A DNA stretch of 43,573 nt from a virus (Duplodnaviria > Caudoviricetes), in IMG/VR virus record IMGVR_UViG_3300048577_000543, positions 1 to 43,573 of that record; one strand, given 5' to 3'. The first letter of the stretch is position 1, and the number at the start of each line of letters is the position of its first letter. A program made the translations under genes and the position numbers. Below, one piece after another: positions 8,644 to 17,200 of the stretch. The notes under the pieces are model-generated. The model saw only the letters and a list, made by a program, of their open reading frames with translations. It did not search any database and was not told where the DNA came from.

Positions 8644-10443
8644 GTGATTTTCTTTGACATTGAAACAGATGGTCTCCTTGAAGAACTTACTAAACTCCAC
8701 TGCATAGTCCTCTACGACGACGCTACAAATACCTCCCTCGTGTATGACCCTGAGCATCCTGAAAACCTGACTCCAATACTGACAAAGCTTTCCGAAGCCG
8801 AGGCCATTTGCGCTCACTACGGCATAGCCTTCGACGTTCCAGCCTTGAAGAAGCTTTTTCCCTGGTGGTCTCCTAAAGGGAAAGTCGTAGATACCGTTAT
8901 CATGGGGCGGCTCTGCTACCCTGACATCAAAGCCACTGACTACGGTCTGTGGAGAAAGGGAATCCTCCCTGGTAATCTCATAGGTTCCCATAAGCTCAAG
9001 GCGTGGGGCTATCGCATTGGAGAGTACAAAGGAACCTTTGGAGAGACATCGGATTGGTCTACCTGGACTCCTGAAATGACGACCTATTGCAAGCAAGACG
9101 TCGTTGTTTTGGCCAAGCTCTACAAATACTTGATGGAGAACGGTAAACCCTCGAATGAGTCCTTAAACATCGAACTTCAAGTAGCCTCAATCATCTTCCA
9201 ACAGACGATTAACGGGGTTCCCTTCGATATCAAGAAGGCCGAAGCCCTCTACTTAACATTGAAACAGCGTCAAGAGGAAGTTCTAAAAGAGCTTCAGGCT
9301 ACATTCCCTCCGTTCTACTCCAAGGTCAAAGAGTTTACACCCAAGGCTGACAACAAGCGCTTCGGCTACCGTGCCGGGTGTCCTATGACCAAGATAGAAA
9401 GGAATGAGTTCAACCCTGCCTCCCGCCACCACATCGCCCATGTCTTGATGAAGCACAAGAAATGGAAACCCTTAGAGTACACCGATAACTCCGGTGAGCC
9501 TAAAATCGACGAGACCATTCTAGCGGCTCTCCCATGGCCTGAAGCAAAGCTCATCGCTGAGTACCTCATGCTTGATAAGCGTGTTGGTCAGCTAGGCAAT
9601 GGGAAAGAAGCCTGGATGCGCTGGTTTAACCCGAAAGATGGAAAAATCCATGGGGACGTGAATACCCTTGGATGCGTCACCGGCCGGATGTCCCACTCTA
9701 AGCCTAACCTTGGCCAAGTCCCTGCCTCCTACTCTCCATACGGCATCGAGTGCCGAGAGCTATTCTATGCCCCTCCTGGTTACGTCATGGTGGGCTGTGA
9801 TGCGTCTGGCCTTGAGGCTCGGAATCTTGGCCACTACATGGCTTGGTACGATGATGGAGCTTACGCAAAGGTCATAGTCGAAGGACGCAAAGAGGACGGC
9901 ACTGAGATTCACTCTGTGAACATGAGGGCCTTAGGTATTGCGTCCCGTGATGATGCCAAGACGTGGTTCTACGCTTTCATGTACGGCGCTGGCGATGGAA
10001 AGCTAGGGGCTATCCTAGGGAAGGGTCCATTAGAAGGGAAGAGAGGCAAGAAACGCTTCCTAACGGCTCTCCCTGCATTAGGAAAGTTAACTGATGCTGT
10101 TAAAGCTGCGGCTAAACGGGGATACCTCATAGGCCTTGACGGGAGACGCCTTCCTGTCCGTTCCGAACATGCTGCCCTTAATACTCTTCTTCAGTCAGCC
10201 GGAGCGGTTGTTATGAAGAAGGCCCTTTGTATCTGCTATGGCCGTCTTATTGCTTCCGGTGTTGAGTTCTACTTTGTTCTTAACATCCACGATGAGTTCC
10301 AGATTCTTACACCAATAGCCTCCGCTCGGTTCGTAGGTGAAACAGCTAGGCAGTCTATTATAGATGCCGGGGTGTTCTTTGATTTCAAGTGTCCATTGGA
10401 TGGTGAATACAAGATTGGACAGAATTGGGCAGAGACCCACTAA
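8644..10443 (+). CDS. T7 gp5-like family A DNA polymerase with 3'-5' exonuclease
   Basis: FDIETDGL, DASGLEAR, RDDAKTWFYAFMYG, HDE, C-terminal NWAETH. Confidence 0.98.
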   Translation: MIFFDIETDGLLEELTKLHCIVLYDDATNTSLVYDPEHPENLTPILTKLSEAEAICAHYGIAFDVPALKKLFPWWSPKGKVVDTVIMGRLCYPDIKATDYGLWRKGILPGNLIGSHKLKAWGYRIGEYKGTFGETSDWSTWTPEMTTYCKQDVVVLAKLYKYLMENGKPSNESLNIELQVASIIFQQTINGVPFDIKKAEALYLTLKQRQEEVLKELQATFPPFYSKVKEFTPKADNKRFGYRAGCPMTKIERNEFNPASRHHIAHVLMKHKKWKPLEYTDNSGEPKIDETILAALPWPEAKLIAEYLMLDKRVGQLGNGKEAWMRWFNPKDGKIHGDVNTLGCVTGRMSHSKPNLGQVPASYSPYGIECRELFYAPPGYVMVGCDASGLEARNLGHYMAWYDDGAYAKVIVEGRKEDGTEIHSVNMRALGIASRDDAKTWFYAFMYGAGDGKLGAILGKGPLEGKRGKKRFLTALPALGKLTDAVKAAAKRGYLIGLDGRRLPVRSEHAALNTLLQSAGAVVMKKALCICYGRLIASGVEFYFVLNIHDEFQILTPIASARFVGETARQSIIDAGVFFDFKCPLDGEYKIGQNWAETH

Positions 10444-10460
10444 CATAAGAAAGGTGGAAT

Positions 10461-10850
10461 ATGAAGCTTACAGAGACGATGGTTGAAAAGCTGGCAGCAA
10501 CTTGTGAAACACAGTACGAGTCTTTTGAGTCCTATTTTGAAGATGTTCTCATTCTCTTAATAGAGTTCAATCGGGCTGAAACATTCATTAACAAAGTGGC
10601 CTTTGGCTCTGCTCTTTTTGTATCCCTGTTAGGCTCCTCATTCCTGATTTCTTCCAATGCTAAAGCCAAGAGTGTTGTCAGTTCCATCATCCTCTATATT
10701 GGGTCTGTTCTTGAAAGATTCCCTAAGTACGACGATGACGCTTTTGAAAACATCGTATGTGCGGTAGCAACTAAGATTCTGAACGGTGGAAGTTACGATA
10801 AGGCGAGTGATGAAATCGCAACTCTTATTCTCGAAATGGTGGAGAAGTAA
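10461..10850 (+). CDS. Hypothetical protein
   Basis: 129-aa ORF with AAGGTGG RBS, tightly packed. Confidence 0.7.
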   Translation: MKLTETMVEKLAATCETQYESFESYFEDVLILLIEFNRAETFINKVAFGSALFVSLLGSSFLISSNAKAKSVVSSIILYIGSVLERFPKYDDDAFENIVCAVATKILNGGSYDKASDEIATLILEMVEK

Positions 10851-10852
10851 GC

Positions 10853-11233
10853 ATGGAAAGCATACGGTGTGAGAATTGCGGTAAGAAAGCTCTTTTCAAT
10901 TTAAAATGCAATGCCTACGTTTGCGGGTCTTGTAAATGGAAGGCGGTCACGGTGAGGATGCCTCGTTCTGAATATGAAAAAGGTATCTTCGGCCTTCCTC
11001 CTAAAAGGGATGCTCCTAAGGATGCTGGTGTAACACATCCTTCGCACTACGCCGAGAGAGGTATCGAGCCTGTAGATTTTGCCATCAAGAATAAGCTTGG
11101 ATTCTGCGAGGGTAACATTGTGAAGTACGTTACACGTTACCAATTCAAGAATGGAAAGGATGACCTCTTGAAGGCCCGATATTACATCGACCTGCTTATC
11201 AAAGAACTCGAAGAGGAGGCCACTAATGTCTAA
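10853..11233 (+). CDS. DUF3310 / T7 gp1.7-like nucleotide kinase with N-terminal Zn ribbon
   Basis: VTHPSHY...GIEPVDF...GFCEGNIVKYVTRY..KNGKDDLLKARYY; CxxC..CxxC at the N-terminus. Confidence 0.85.
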   Translation: MESIRCENCGKKALFNLKCNAYVCGSCKWKAVTVRMPRSEYEKGIFGLPPKRDAPKDAGVTHPSHYAERGIEPVDFAIKNKLGFCEGNIVKYVTRYQFKNGKDDLLKARYYIDLLIKELEEEATNV

Positions 11234-11462
11234 GTTCCTGGATAGATTCGGCAGGGAAGTTAAGCCCGGCGACCGTGTTGCCTATGCGATGACTGCGGGT
11301 AGGAGTGGGGTTCTTGCTCTTGGGACAGCTATAGGCTCTGAGAATGGGAAACTTAAATGGCAACGGGATGCTCGTGGTGTATGGAAATACAGGGAAAGCT
11401 GCATCAAGTTTAGTCACAACCTAGTAATCATCACTGGTCTTGAGGAGGTTGCTAATGATTAG
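11226..11462 (+). CDS. Hypothetical protein
   Basis: DRFGREVKPGDRVAY pattern common in phage proteins; GAGGAGG RBS. Confidence 0.75.
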   Translation: MSKFLDRFGREVKPGDRVAYAMTAGRSGVLALGTAIGSENGKLKWQRDARGVWKYRESCIKFSHNLVIITGLEEVAND

Positions 11463-11826
11463 TCCTTTTGAAATGTATATCCTGTTGAAGCTGGATAGTT
11501 TTCAAACACTGTTCGGAGTTGTAGGCCTTCTTCTCCTGATTTTTGGAGCAGTCCTTTGGTTTATTGTTAATGATGACTCTACATCGGACGGTCAAGTGTT
11601 TAGCGACCACCAAACCAAAAATAAAAAAATCTTTAAAGCTTGGATAGTTGGTTTAATTTTTACAGCAATTAGTATGTTTATGCCATCTACCGAAGAGTTC
11701 ATAGCTATCAAGGCTTTCCCTGCAATAGCCACATCGGAGCGTGTTGATAAGGTGACGGACCTACTTGATACGTCCCTTAGTGCGGCCCTGAATTGGGCAA
11801 AGGGCTCTAAAGAGGACAAGAAATAA
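11455..11826 (+). CDS. Membrane protein (2 TM)
   Basis: Two hydrophobic stretches; GAGGAGG RBS; ATG overlaps the upstream gene. Confidence 0.75.
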   Translation: MISPFEMYILLKLDSFQTLFGVVGLLLLIFGAVLWFIVNDDSTSDGQVFSDHQTKNKKIFKAWIVGLIFTAISMFMPSTEEFIAIKAFPAIATSERVDKVTDLLDTSLSAALNWAKGSKEDKK

Positions 11827-11828
11827 TT

Positions 11829-12422
11829 ATGGATGTTAAAATCCTCTCTGAAGGAGGCATCCATGAAGCTCTCTTGGGAATCTCTTTAAGCTATCAACAG
11901 AAGTTTGATTTTGACCACTTCTACAGAGTAGCTTTGAATCTCTCCAATAAAGACGGAGGCCACAACAAGTTCCTTGAGTCCATGATTGTGTGGCTGGATA
12001 TCAACGCCCCAAGATTCTGGTGGAGTCAATTTGACACCTATCGAGTAGGAACCACCAAGCAATCCGAAAGCACCATGCATACTCTCAGCCGAACAGATTC
12101 CTTCACTTCGGCCCAATTTGAACCTGGAACCCCTTGGATTTCCATAGTCCTGATGAACGTCCTTTTGAAAGCCGTGAAGGCTGGAGACTGTACTCTTGAC
12201 ACATTTAAGGCGGCCCTCCCTGAGGGCTTCCTTCAGCGACGCATTATCACCACGAATTACAAGGTTCTCAAGAACATGGTGGTGCAAAGAGGAAGTCATA
12301 AGCTTCCTCAATGGCAGGAGTTTGTTTTGAGCTTACGCAATAACCTTAACTACCCTGAGTTCATCTTTGATGACCTTAGAGAACTCAGAAAGGATACCAT
12401 AAAGAAAAATGGACCCGCTTAG
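11829..12422 (+). CDS. ThyX-like (flavin-dependent thymidylate synthase fold) protein
   Basis: GHNKFLES, APRFWWSQFDTYR...SESTMH, LPEGFLQRR, NYKVL, R..HKLPQW; canonical RHR motif replaced. Confidence 0.65.
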   Translation: MDVKILSEGGIHEALLGISLSYQQKFDFDHFYRVALNLSNKDGGHNKFLESMIVWLDINAPRFWWSQFDTYRVGTTKQSESTMHTLSRTDSFTSAQFEPGTPWISIVLMNVLLKAVKAGDCTLDTFKAALPEGFLQRRIITTNYKVLKNMVVQRGSHKLPQWQEFVLSLRNNLNYPEFIFDDLRELRKDTIKKNGPA

Positions 12423-12810
12423 TTTAATCGGAACCCTCGGCGGTCTCGTTTTCCCGGCCGCCTTCGACTTCATCAAAAAGAAATTCCTTCCGGCCACATC
12501 CGATACCCCCGAAGCCACCATGAGCACCTTGGCCACGACCAAGCCCGAAGTTCTCGGGGACTACATCAAAGGCATGGCCGACTATATGGCCGCCCAGGTC
12601 TTGAACTTCAACCGGGACGTCATTGGGACACCTTCTCGGTGGGTTACGGACCTCCGCGCCGTTATCCGCCCACTGGTCACAATTATGAGCCTTTTGGCCA
12701 TCATCGCTCAGATGGTTTGGCCTGAGACTCTTCACCTGGGAGATACCGCTGAGGCCTCTATGCTCTGCATCATATCTTCCTGGTTCGGTGACCGTCTGAC
12801 CATTCGCTAA
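12409..12810 (+). CDS. Putative holin (3TM, gene-transfer-agent type)
   Basis: SRWVTDLRAVIRPLVT and C-terminal SSWFGDR signature; hydrophobic segments. Confidence 0.75.
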   Translation: MDPLSLIGTLGGLVFPAAFDFIKKKFLPATSDTPEATMSTLATTKPEVLGDYIKGMADYMAAQVLNFNRDVIGTPSRWVTDLRAVIRPLVTIMSLLAIIAQMVWPETLHLGDTAEASMLCIISSWFGDRLTIR

Positions 12811-12837
12811 ATCAACACACAAAGAGGAACCGTATAT

Positions 12838-13218
12838 ATGTGCTACTCGTGTCATTGCCCTTACGAGAATAGCTACACTGGCGTATGTGGCCGAGAAGGA
12901 GGCCCTACCCATTCTGACGCCGGATGCTACGTCCCTGACGAGGCCAAAGAGAAATGCCCCTATGCTGATGGACTGAACCCTGTTGAAGCCTATCTGGTCC
13001 ACTCCTACCTTTACTACAAGCTCGACGCTCCGGTTATCTCTGACGCTCAGTTCGACGCCTTGTGTCGTTGGATGTATGACCATTTCGACGACCTTGAACA
13101 TCCTGAGCACATGCACCTTATCGAGAAACAAGCGTTAAGCTGCGGTTCTGGATACCATTTGATGTTCAAGATTCCCCCGGACATGCGAGAGAAAGCAGTG
13201 GCTATCGGGAAGTTCTAA
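12838..13218 (+). CDS. Stand-alone NAD-dependent DNA ligase domain Ia-like protein with Cys-rich N-terminus
   Basis: HSYLYYKLDAPVISDAQFDAL matches the LigA Ia motif YY..D.P.ISD..YD. Confidence 0.75.
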   Translation: MCYSCHCPYENSYTGVCGREGGPTHSDAGCYVPDEAKEKCPYADGLNPVEAYLVHSYLYYKLDAPVISDAQFDALCRWMYDHFDDLEHPEHMHLIEKQALSCGSGYHLMFKIPPDMREKAVAIGKF

Positions 13219-13238
13219 GAAACGAACTGAATTGAATG

Positions 13239-13275
13239 GAGGGGTCTAGTATTTTACTAGGCCTCTCTTTCTTTT
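13239..13275 (+). terminator. Intrinsic terminator
   Basis: GAGGGGTCTAGTA-TTT-TACTAGGCCTCTC followed by TTTCTTTT. Confidence 0.8.
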
Positions 13276-13293
13276 GAGTGGAGGTATCTTATA

Positions 13294-13521
13294 ATGTGCT
13301 ACGTGGACAAGGATGGAAGATATACAGACTCTTGGATTGGTAAGGTTATCACGGCCAGCATTCTTCTAGTTGTCGTGGCTATTTCCATCGTTATCAAGAT
13401 ATACGGCATTGCTGCTATTGGGGTGTTCGTTTTATTTCTGGTGGCTGGCGTCTGCTTTATCTTGATGAGCAATGCTTTCTCTGCAATTCGTAAACATAGT
13501 AAAGGGAATAACAATGCCTGA
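13294..13521 (+). CDS. Small 2-TM membrane protein
   Basis: GGAGG RBS; two hydrophobic helices, basic C-terminus. Confidence 0.7.
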   Translation: MCYVDKDGRYTDSWIGKVITASILLVVVAISIVIKIYGIAAIGVFVLFLVAGVCFILMSNAFSAIRKHSKGNNNA

Positions 13522-13903
13522 TAAAGATTGTACTCTGAATAATCTACAGGTTGGTGACAATCTATATTCTATCGCATTTGGTCCTGTTGTTGTCCAGCGT
13601 GTTTCTGGAGCGCACATTTATGCTAGCGGTAGAGAATGGTTCCGCGATGGCCGGTTTAATTATGGAGGAATACGCGACCTTTACTGGGGGAAACCTAGTA
13701 TTTTTCACACAGAATTTCGCCCTCACCGTGAGATTACGATTGAACGGTGGGTGAACGTGATGCTGTTTCCTGGTGGAGATATTACTACATCCACATATAG
13801 AAGCAAAGAAGATGCTGATAGTTCAGCCTTTATAAGTGCTGGAAAGCGTCTCGGAGAAGCGGAGCATGTGGTTTACACGAGGATAATTGAGGATGAAGCA
13901 TAA
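13514..13903 (+). CDS. Hypothetical protein
   Basis: ATG 13514 with AAGGGA RBS; overlaps both neighbours. Confidence 0.7.
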   Translation: MPDKDCTLNNLQVGDNLYSIAFGPVVVQRVSGAHIYASGREWFRDGRFNYGGIRDLYWGKPSIFHTEFRPHREITIERWVNVMLFPGGDITTSTYRSKEDADSSAFISAGKRLGEAEHVVYTRIIEDEA

Positions 13904-14699
13904 AGGCCCCTCAAATAAAGTCCTCCTAGTAGACGCTGACATCCTCCTTTACAAGTTTGCCTTTCCTCATCATCAAACAATTGAATGGGACTCAGAGACA
14001 TCATCTGAGGTAATCAATGCCGATAGGGCAGTAGAGGAACTAGACTTCTTTGTAGAGTTCCTGATGGAAAAGACCAAGACCCGTTCATGTAGGCTTTGTC
14101 TGTCTTCTGACTTCAACTTTCGATACCTTGTGCTTCCTACTTACAAGCACAATCGTGTTGAAACCGAGAAGCCGTATCTCTTTCAGCACCTCAAAGACCA
14201 CGTAGAGAGTAACTACGATATCGTATCATGGAAGTGGTACGAGGCTGATGACGTCTTAGGGGTACTCTCTACGGGAAGCCCTGGGAAGTACATAATAGCA
14301 TCCATTGACAAAGACCTTAAGCAAATTCCTGGTCAGCTATTCAACTGGAACAAAGGGAAGATGGTCACGGTAACCCCGGAAGAGGGAAGCTATTACCACC
14401 TTCAGCAAACCCTCATGGGTGACCCTACGGATGGCTACCATGGATGCCCCAAGATAGGCCCTAAGAAGGCTTCTATCCTCTTAGATGAGTTCCTCATGGG
14501 GTCCGATGGAAAGCTTCTTAAATCGCCGGATATGGCCCCTGTGTGGGATGCCATCGTTAAACAATATGAAAGGAGAGAACTGAATGGCACGGAAGCGCTT
14601 AGACAAGCCCGAGTCGCCCGAATCTGCCAACATGGCCAGTACAACCCAGGAGGAGTCCAGCCAACCCTCTGGAATCCCTACCCCGGATACCAACCCTGA
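13893..14699 (+). CDS. T7 gp6-like 5'-3' exonuclease
   Basis: LLVDAD, NFRY.VLPTYK.NR, EADDVLG, SIDKDLKQIPG, GDPTDGYHGCP.IG, ALRQARVARI. Confidence 0.96.
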   Translation: MKHKGPSNKVLLVDADILLYKFAFPHHQTIEWDSETSSEVINADRAVEELDFFVEFLMEKTKTRSCRLCLSSDFNFRYLVLPTYKHNRVETEKPYLFQHLKDHVESNYDIVSWKWYEADDVLGVLSTGSPGKYIIASIDKDLKQIPGQLFNWNKGKMVTVTPEEGSYYHLQQTLMGDPTDGYHGCPKIGPKKASILLDEFLMGSDGKLLKSPDMAPVWDAIVKQYERRELNGTEALRQARVARICQHGQYNPGGVQPTLWNPYPGYQP

Positions 14700-14829
14700 T
14701 AGGTGTTTGACATGTAAGTTTTGGCTTGGCTCCAAGACCACCACGGGTTCCTGCCGCCGGTATCCCCCGTTCATGGTCAGTGACGCCACCTATTGGTGTG
14801 GGGAACATAAGCCGAGGGAAAATGGCTAA
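14584..14829 (+). CDS. Small 4-Cys protein, HiPIP-like Fe-S or metal-binding
   Basis: CLTCKFW...GSCRRYPP...YWCGEH; own AGGAG RBS inside the exonuclease gene; overlaps the nrdD start. Confidence 0.65.
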   Translation: MARKRLDKPESPESANMASTTQEESSQPSGIPTPDTNPDRCLTCKFWLGSKTTTGSCRRYPPFMVSDATYWCGEHKPRENG

Positions 14830-16624
14830 ATCCCCTATGGTTAGGCTGAGTAAAGCTCAGATAGGAAAGAAGTTATCGTTCATTACTGACTACACAGGAG
14901 CCTCTAACGCTGCCTCAGGGTCAAAGCTCGATGCTAATGCCAATGTGGTCTTAAAGAACATTGCGACATTGCATAGTGAACTTCACAAGGACATTAACAT
15001 CCAAGTCAACCGAGAGTTAATGTGGACAAAGCTATCTGAGCTTTATGGTTTTGGTTTGGCCAATGAATACATACGTCAGCTTGAAGACCATGAAATCTAC
15101 TGCCACGATGAGACAAACATCTATCCATATTGCGTCTCTATCTCCATGTATCCCTTCCTGACGAACGGTATGGCCGCCTTAGGAGGAGAGTCTGCAGCCC
15201 CTAAGCACTTTGAGTCTTATTGTGGTAGCTTCATCAACTTGGTGTTTGCTATCTCAAGCCAATTTGCTGGCGCTGTGGCCACGGTCGAGTTCCTGATGCA
15301 CCTTGACTACTTTGCGCGTAAGGACTTTGGCCCTGACTATCTTACGACGCACACGAATGAACTTAATGCTGGCCTTCAGCAAGTCGTTTACTCTGTAAAT
15401 CAGCCTGCCGCCGCTCGTGGATACCAAAGTGTCTTCTGGAACCTCAGTGTGTTCGATAAGGATTACTTTGAGTCCATCTTTGAGGGCTTTGTTTATCCTG
15501 GAACGGATGACAGACCTTGCTATGAAAGCGTTGCTCGGCTCCAAAGCTATTTCCTTGATTGGCTGAATATGGAGAGGGAGAAGTCTTTATTGACCTTTCC
15601 TGTTGTCACTGCGGCTTTGCTTCATGACAAAGAGGCCCCGGTTGATAAGGATTTTGCCTTCATGCTCTCCAGGGAACTCTCCAGGGGAAACAGCTTCTTT
15701 ATCTATCAGTCTGACTCTGCCGACTCTTTGGCGTCATGCTGCCGTGTCCGTAACGCATTTCAGGAAAAACCTGAGTTCTCCTATACGCTAGGAGCAGGGG
15801 GTGTTGCTACCGGGTCAGTCAACGTCATGACCATTAACATGAATCGTTTGATTCAGGATGGAAAAGACCTCTTGGCTCAGGTCTACAAGATTCAACACTA
15901 TCAGATGGCCTACAGGGCTATTCTTGATGACTTCCTTAAAGCCAAGATGCTCCCGGCTTATGATGCTGGATATATCTACATGGACAAACAGTATTCAACG
16001 ATTGGCCTGATGGGCCTTGTTGAAGCTGCTGAGTTCTACGGGATTACCCCTGGTAACAATGTTGAGTATAAGGAGTTCCTTAAGAGAATCCTTAAGACTG
16101 TCTTTGAAGCCAACAGAAAGGGGGCTGAGTTTCATAAAGTACCCTTTAATACTGAGCTTGTCCCTGGAGAATCCCTTGGGGTCAAGTTCGCTCAATGGGA
16201 CAAAGAGGAGGGCTATGCGGTTCCTCGGGATTGCTACAACAGCTACTTCTACAAAGTCGAAGATGAGACCATTGATGTCTATGATAAGTTCGTTCTCCAT
16301 GGTGGAGAAGTCATAGAATATCTTGATGGAGGGTCCGCCTTACACTTGAACCTTGATGAGTCTCTTAGCGCTGACATGTACTACGAACTCATGTGCATAG
16401 CTTCTAAGGTAGGCTGTAATTACTGGACGGTTAACGTGAAGGCAACATGTTGTGAGTCCTGTGGGCATATCGACAAGAAGACTCTTCAGGCCTGTCCTAA
16501 GTGCGGTTCCACCAACATTACCTATGCCACTAGGGTCATTGGCTACCTAAAGAAAGTCTCTTCTTTCTCTGAAGAGAGACAGGAGGAGCATAAGAAGAGG
16601 TTCTATGCGAATCGCCCGGTATGA
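14822..16624 (+). CDS. nrdD: Class III anaerobic ribonucleoside-triphosphate reductase (no ATP cone seen)
   Basis: IYCHD, TFPVVT, SCCR finger loop, VPGES, CxxC...CxxC, glycyl-radical TRVIGYL. Confidence 0.96.
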   Translation: MAKSPMVRLSKAQIGKKLSFITDYTGASNAASGSKLDANANVVLKNIATLHSELHKDINIQVNRELMWTKLSELYGFGLANEYIRQLEDHEIYCHDETNIYPYCVSISMYPFLTNGMAALGGESAAPKHFESYCGSFINLVFAISSQFAGAVATVEFLMHLDYFARKDFGPDYLTTHTNELNAGLQQVVYSVNQPAAARGYQSVFWNLSVFDKDYFESIFEGFVYPGTDDRPCYESVARLQSYFLDWLNMEREKSLLTFPVVTAALLHDKEAPVDKDFAFMLSRELSRGNSFFIYQSDSADSLASCCRVRNAFQEKPEFSYTLGAGGVATGSVNVMTINMNRLIQDGKDLLAQVYKIQHYQMAYRAILDDFLKAKMLPAYDAGYIYMDKQYSTIGLMGLVEAAEFYGITPGNNVEYKEFLKRILKTVFEANRKGAEFHKVPFNTELVPGESLGVKFAQWDKEEGYAVPRDCYNSYFYKVEDETIDVYDKFVLHGGEVIEYLDGGSALHLNLDESLSADMYYELMCIASKVGCNYWTVNVKATCCESCGHIDKKTLQACPKCGSTNITYATRVIGYLKKVSSFSEERQEEHKKRFYANRPV

Positions 16625-17072
16625 GTTCTGTCCGTACAAAGGCTCCTTGGACGTCTACGTTTCTGGATGCAAGGAACACTGCTTTAGGTGTCATAACCCC
16701 GAGCTTTGGGACTTCAATGTCGGAGTGGACTGGCTTGAGGCTCTTCCTAATATCCTTGAAAAACTCCGTATCCTAAAAGGTGCTGCTTCTCGTGTGTTCA
16801 TCTTCGGAGGGGAACCTTTAGACCAGAATGAAGATGAGCTTTCATCTATGCTGTGGGCGTTTAGAGTGCGTGGAAAAGAGGTGTGGTTATTCACGGGAAT
16901 GACAATTGTTAACAAGGCATATCATCCAGCCATAAGGTATGTTGATTACCTCAAGTTAGGGCCTCATACTCCTTCTTTAGCCACTGATGGCAATATCCAG
17001 TACGGAATCAAACTCTCCTCTTCAAATCAGTTTATTCGCAAACTCAACAACAGAGGGAATATTTTATGTTGA
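16605..17072 (+). CDS. nrdG: Anaerobic RNR activating radical SAM enzyme
   Basis: SGCKEHCFRCHNPELWD (CxxxCxxC), GGEPL; adjacent to nrdD. Confidence 0.93.
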   Translation: MRIARYEFCPYKGSLDVYVSGCKEHCFRCHNPELWDFNVGVDWLEALPNILEKLRILKGAASRVFIFGGEPLDQNEDELSSMLWAFRVRGKEVWLFTGMTIVNKAYHPAIRYVDYLKLGPHTPSLATDGNIQYGIKLSSSNQFIRKLNNRGNILC

Positions 17073-17125
17073 AACTCTGCATAGGCCTTGTCCTGCTGGC
17101 CCTGGTCTTCTCCTGTGACGCCTGA
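17066..17125 (+). CDS. 19-aa signal-peptide-like mini-ORF ending in TGA, in frame with the endolysin
   Basis: GAGGG RBS; MLKLCIGLVLLALVFSCDA-TGA; 25 further open codons lead to ATG 17201. Confidence 0.45.
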   Translation: MLKLCIGLVLLALVFSCDA

Positions 17126-17200
17126 CTGTGTGATGAGTATGTAGAGACAATAACTTGTGTCTCTATTGAACCTTCTATCTCTCATGAGGAACCTTTTAAT

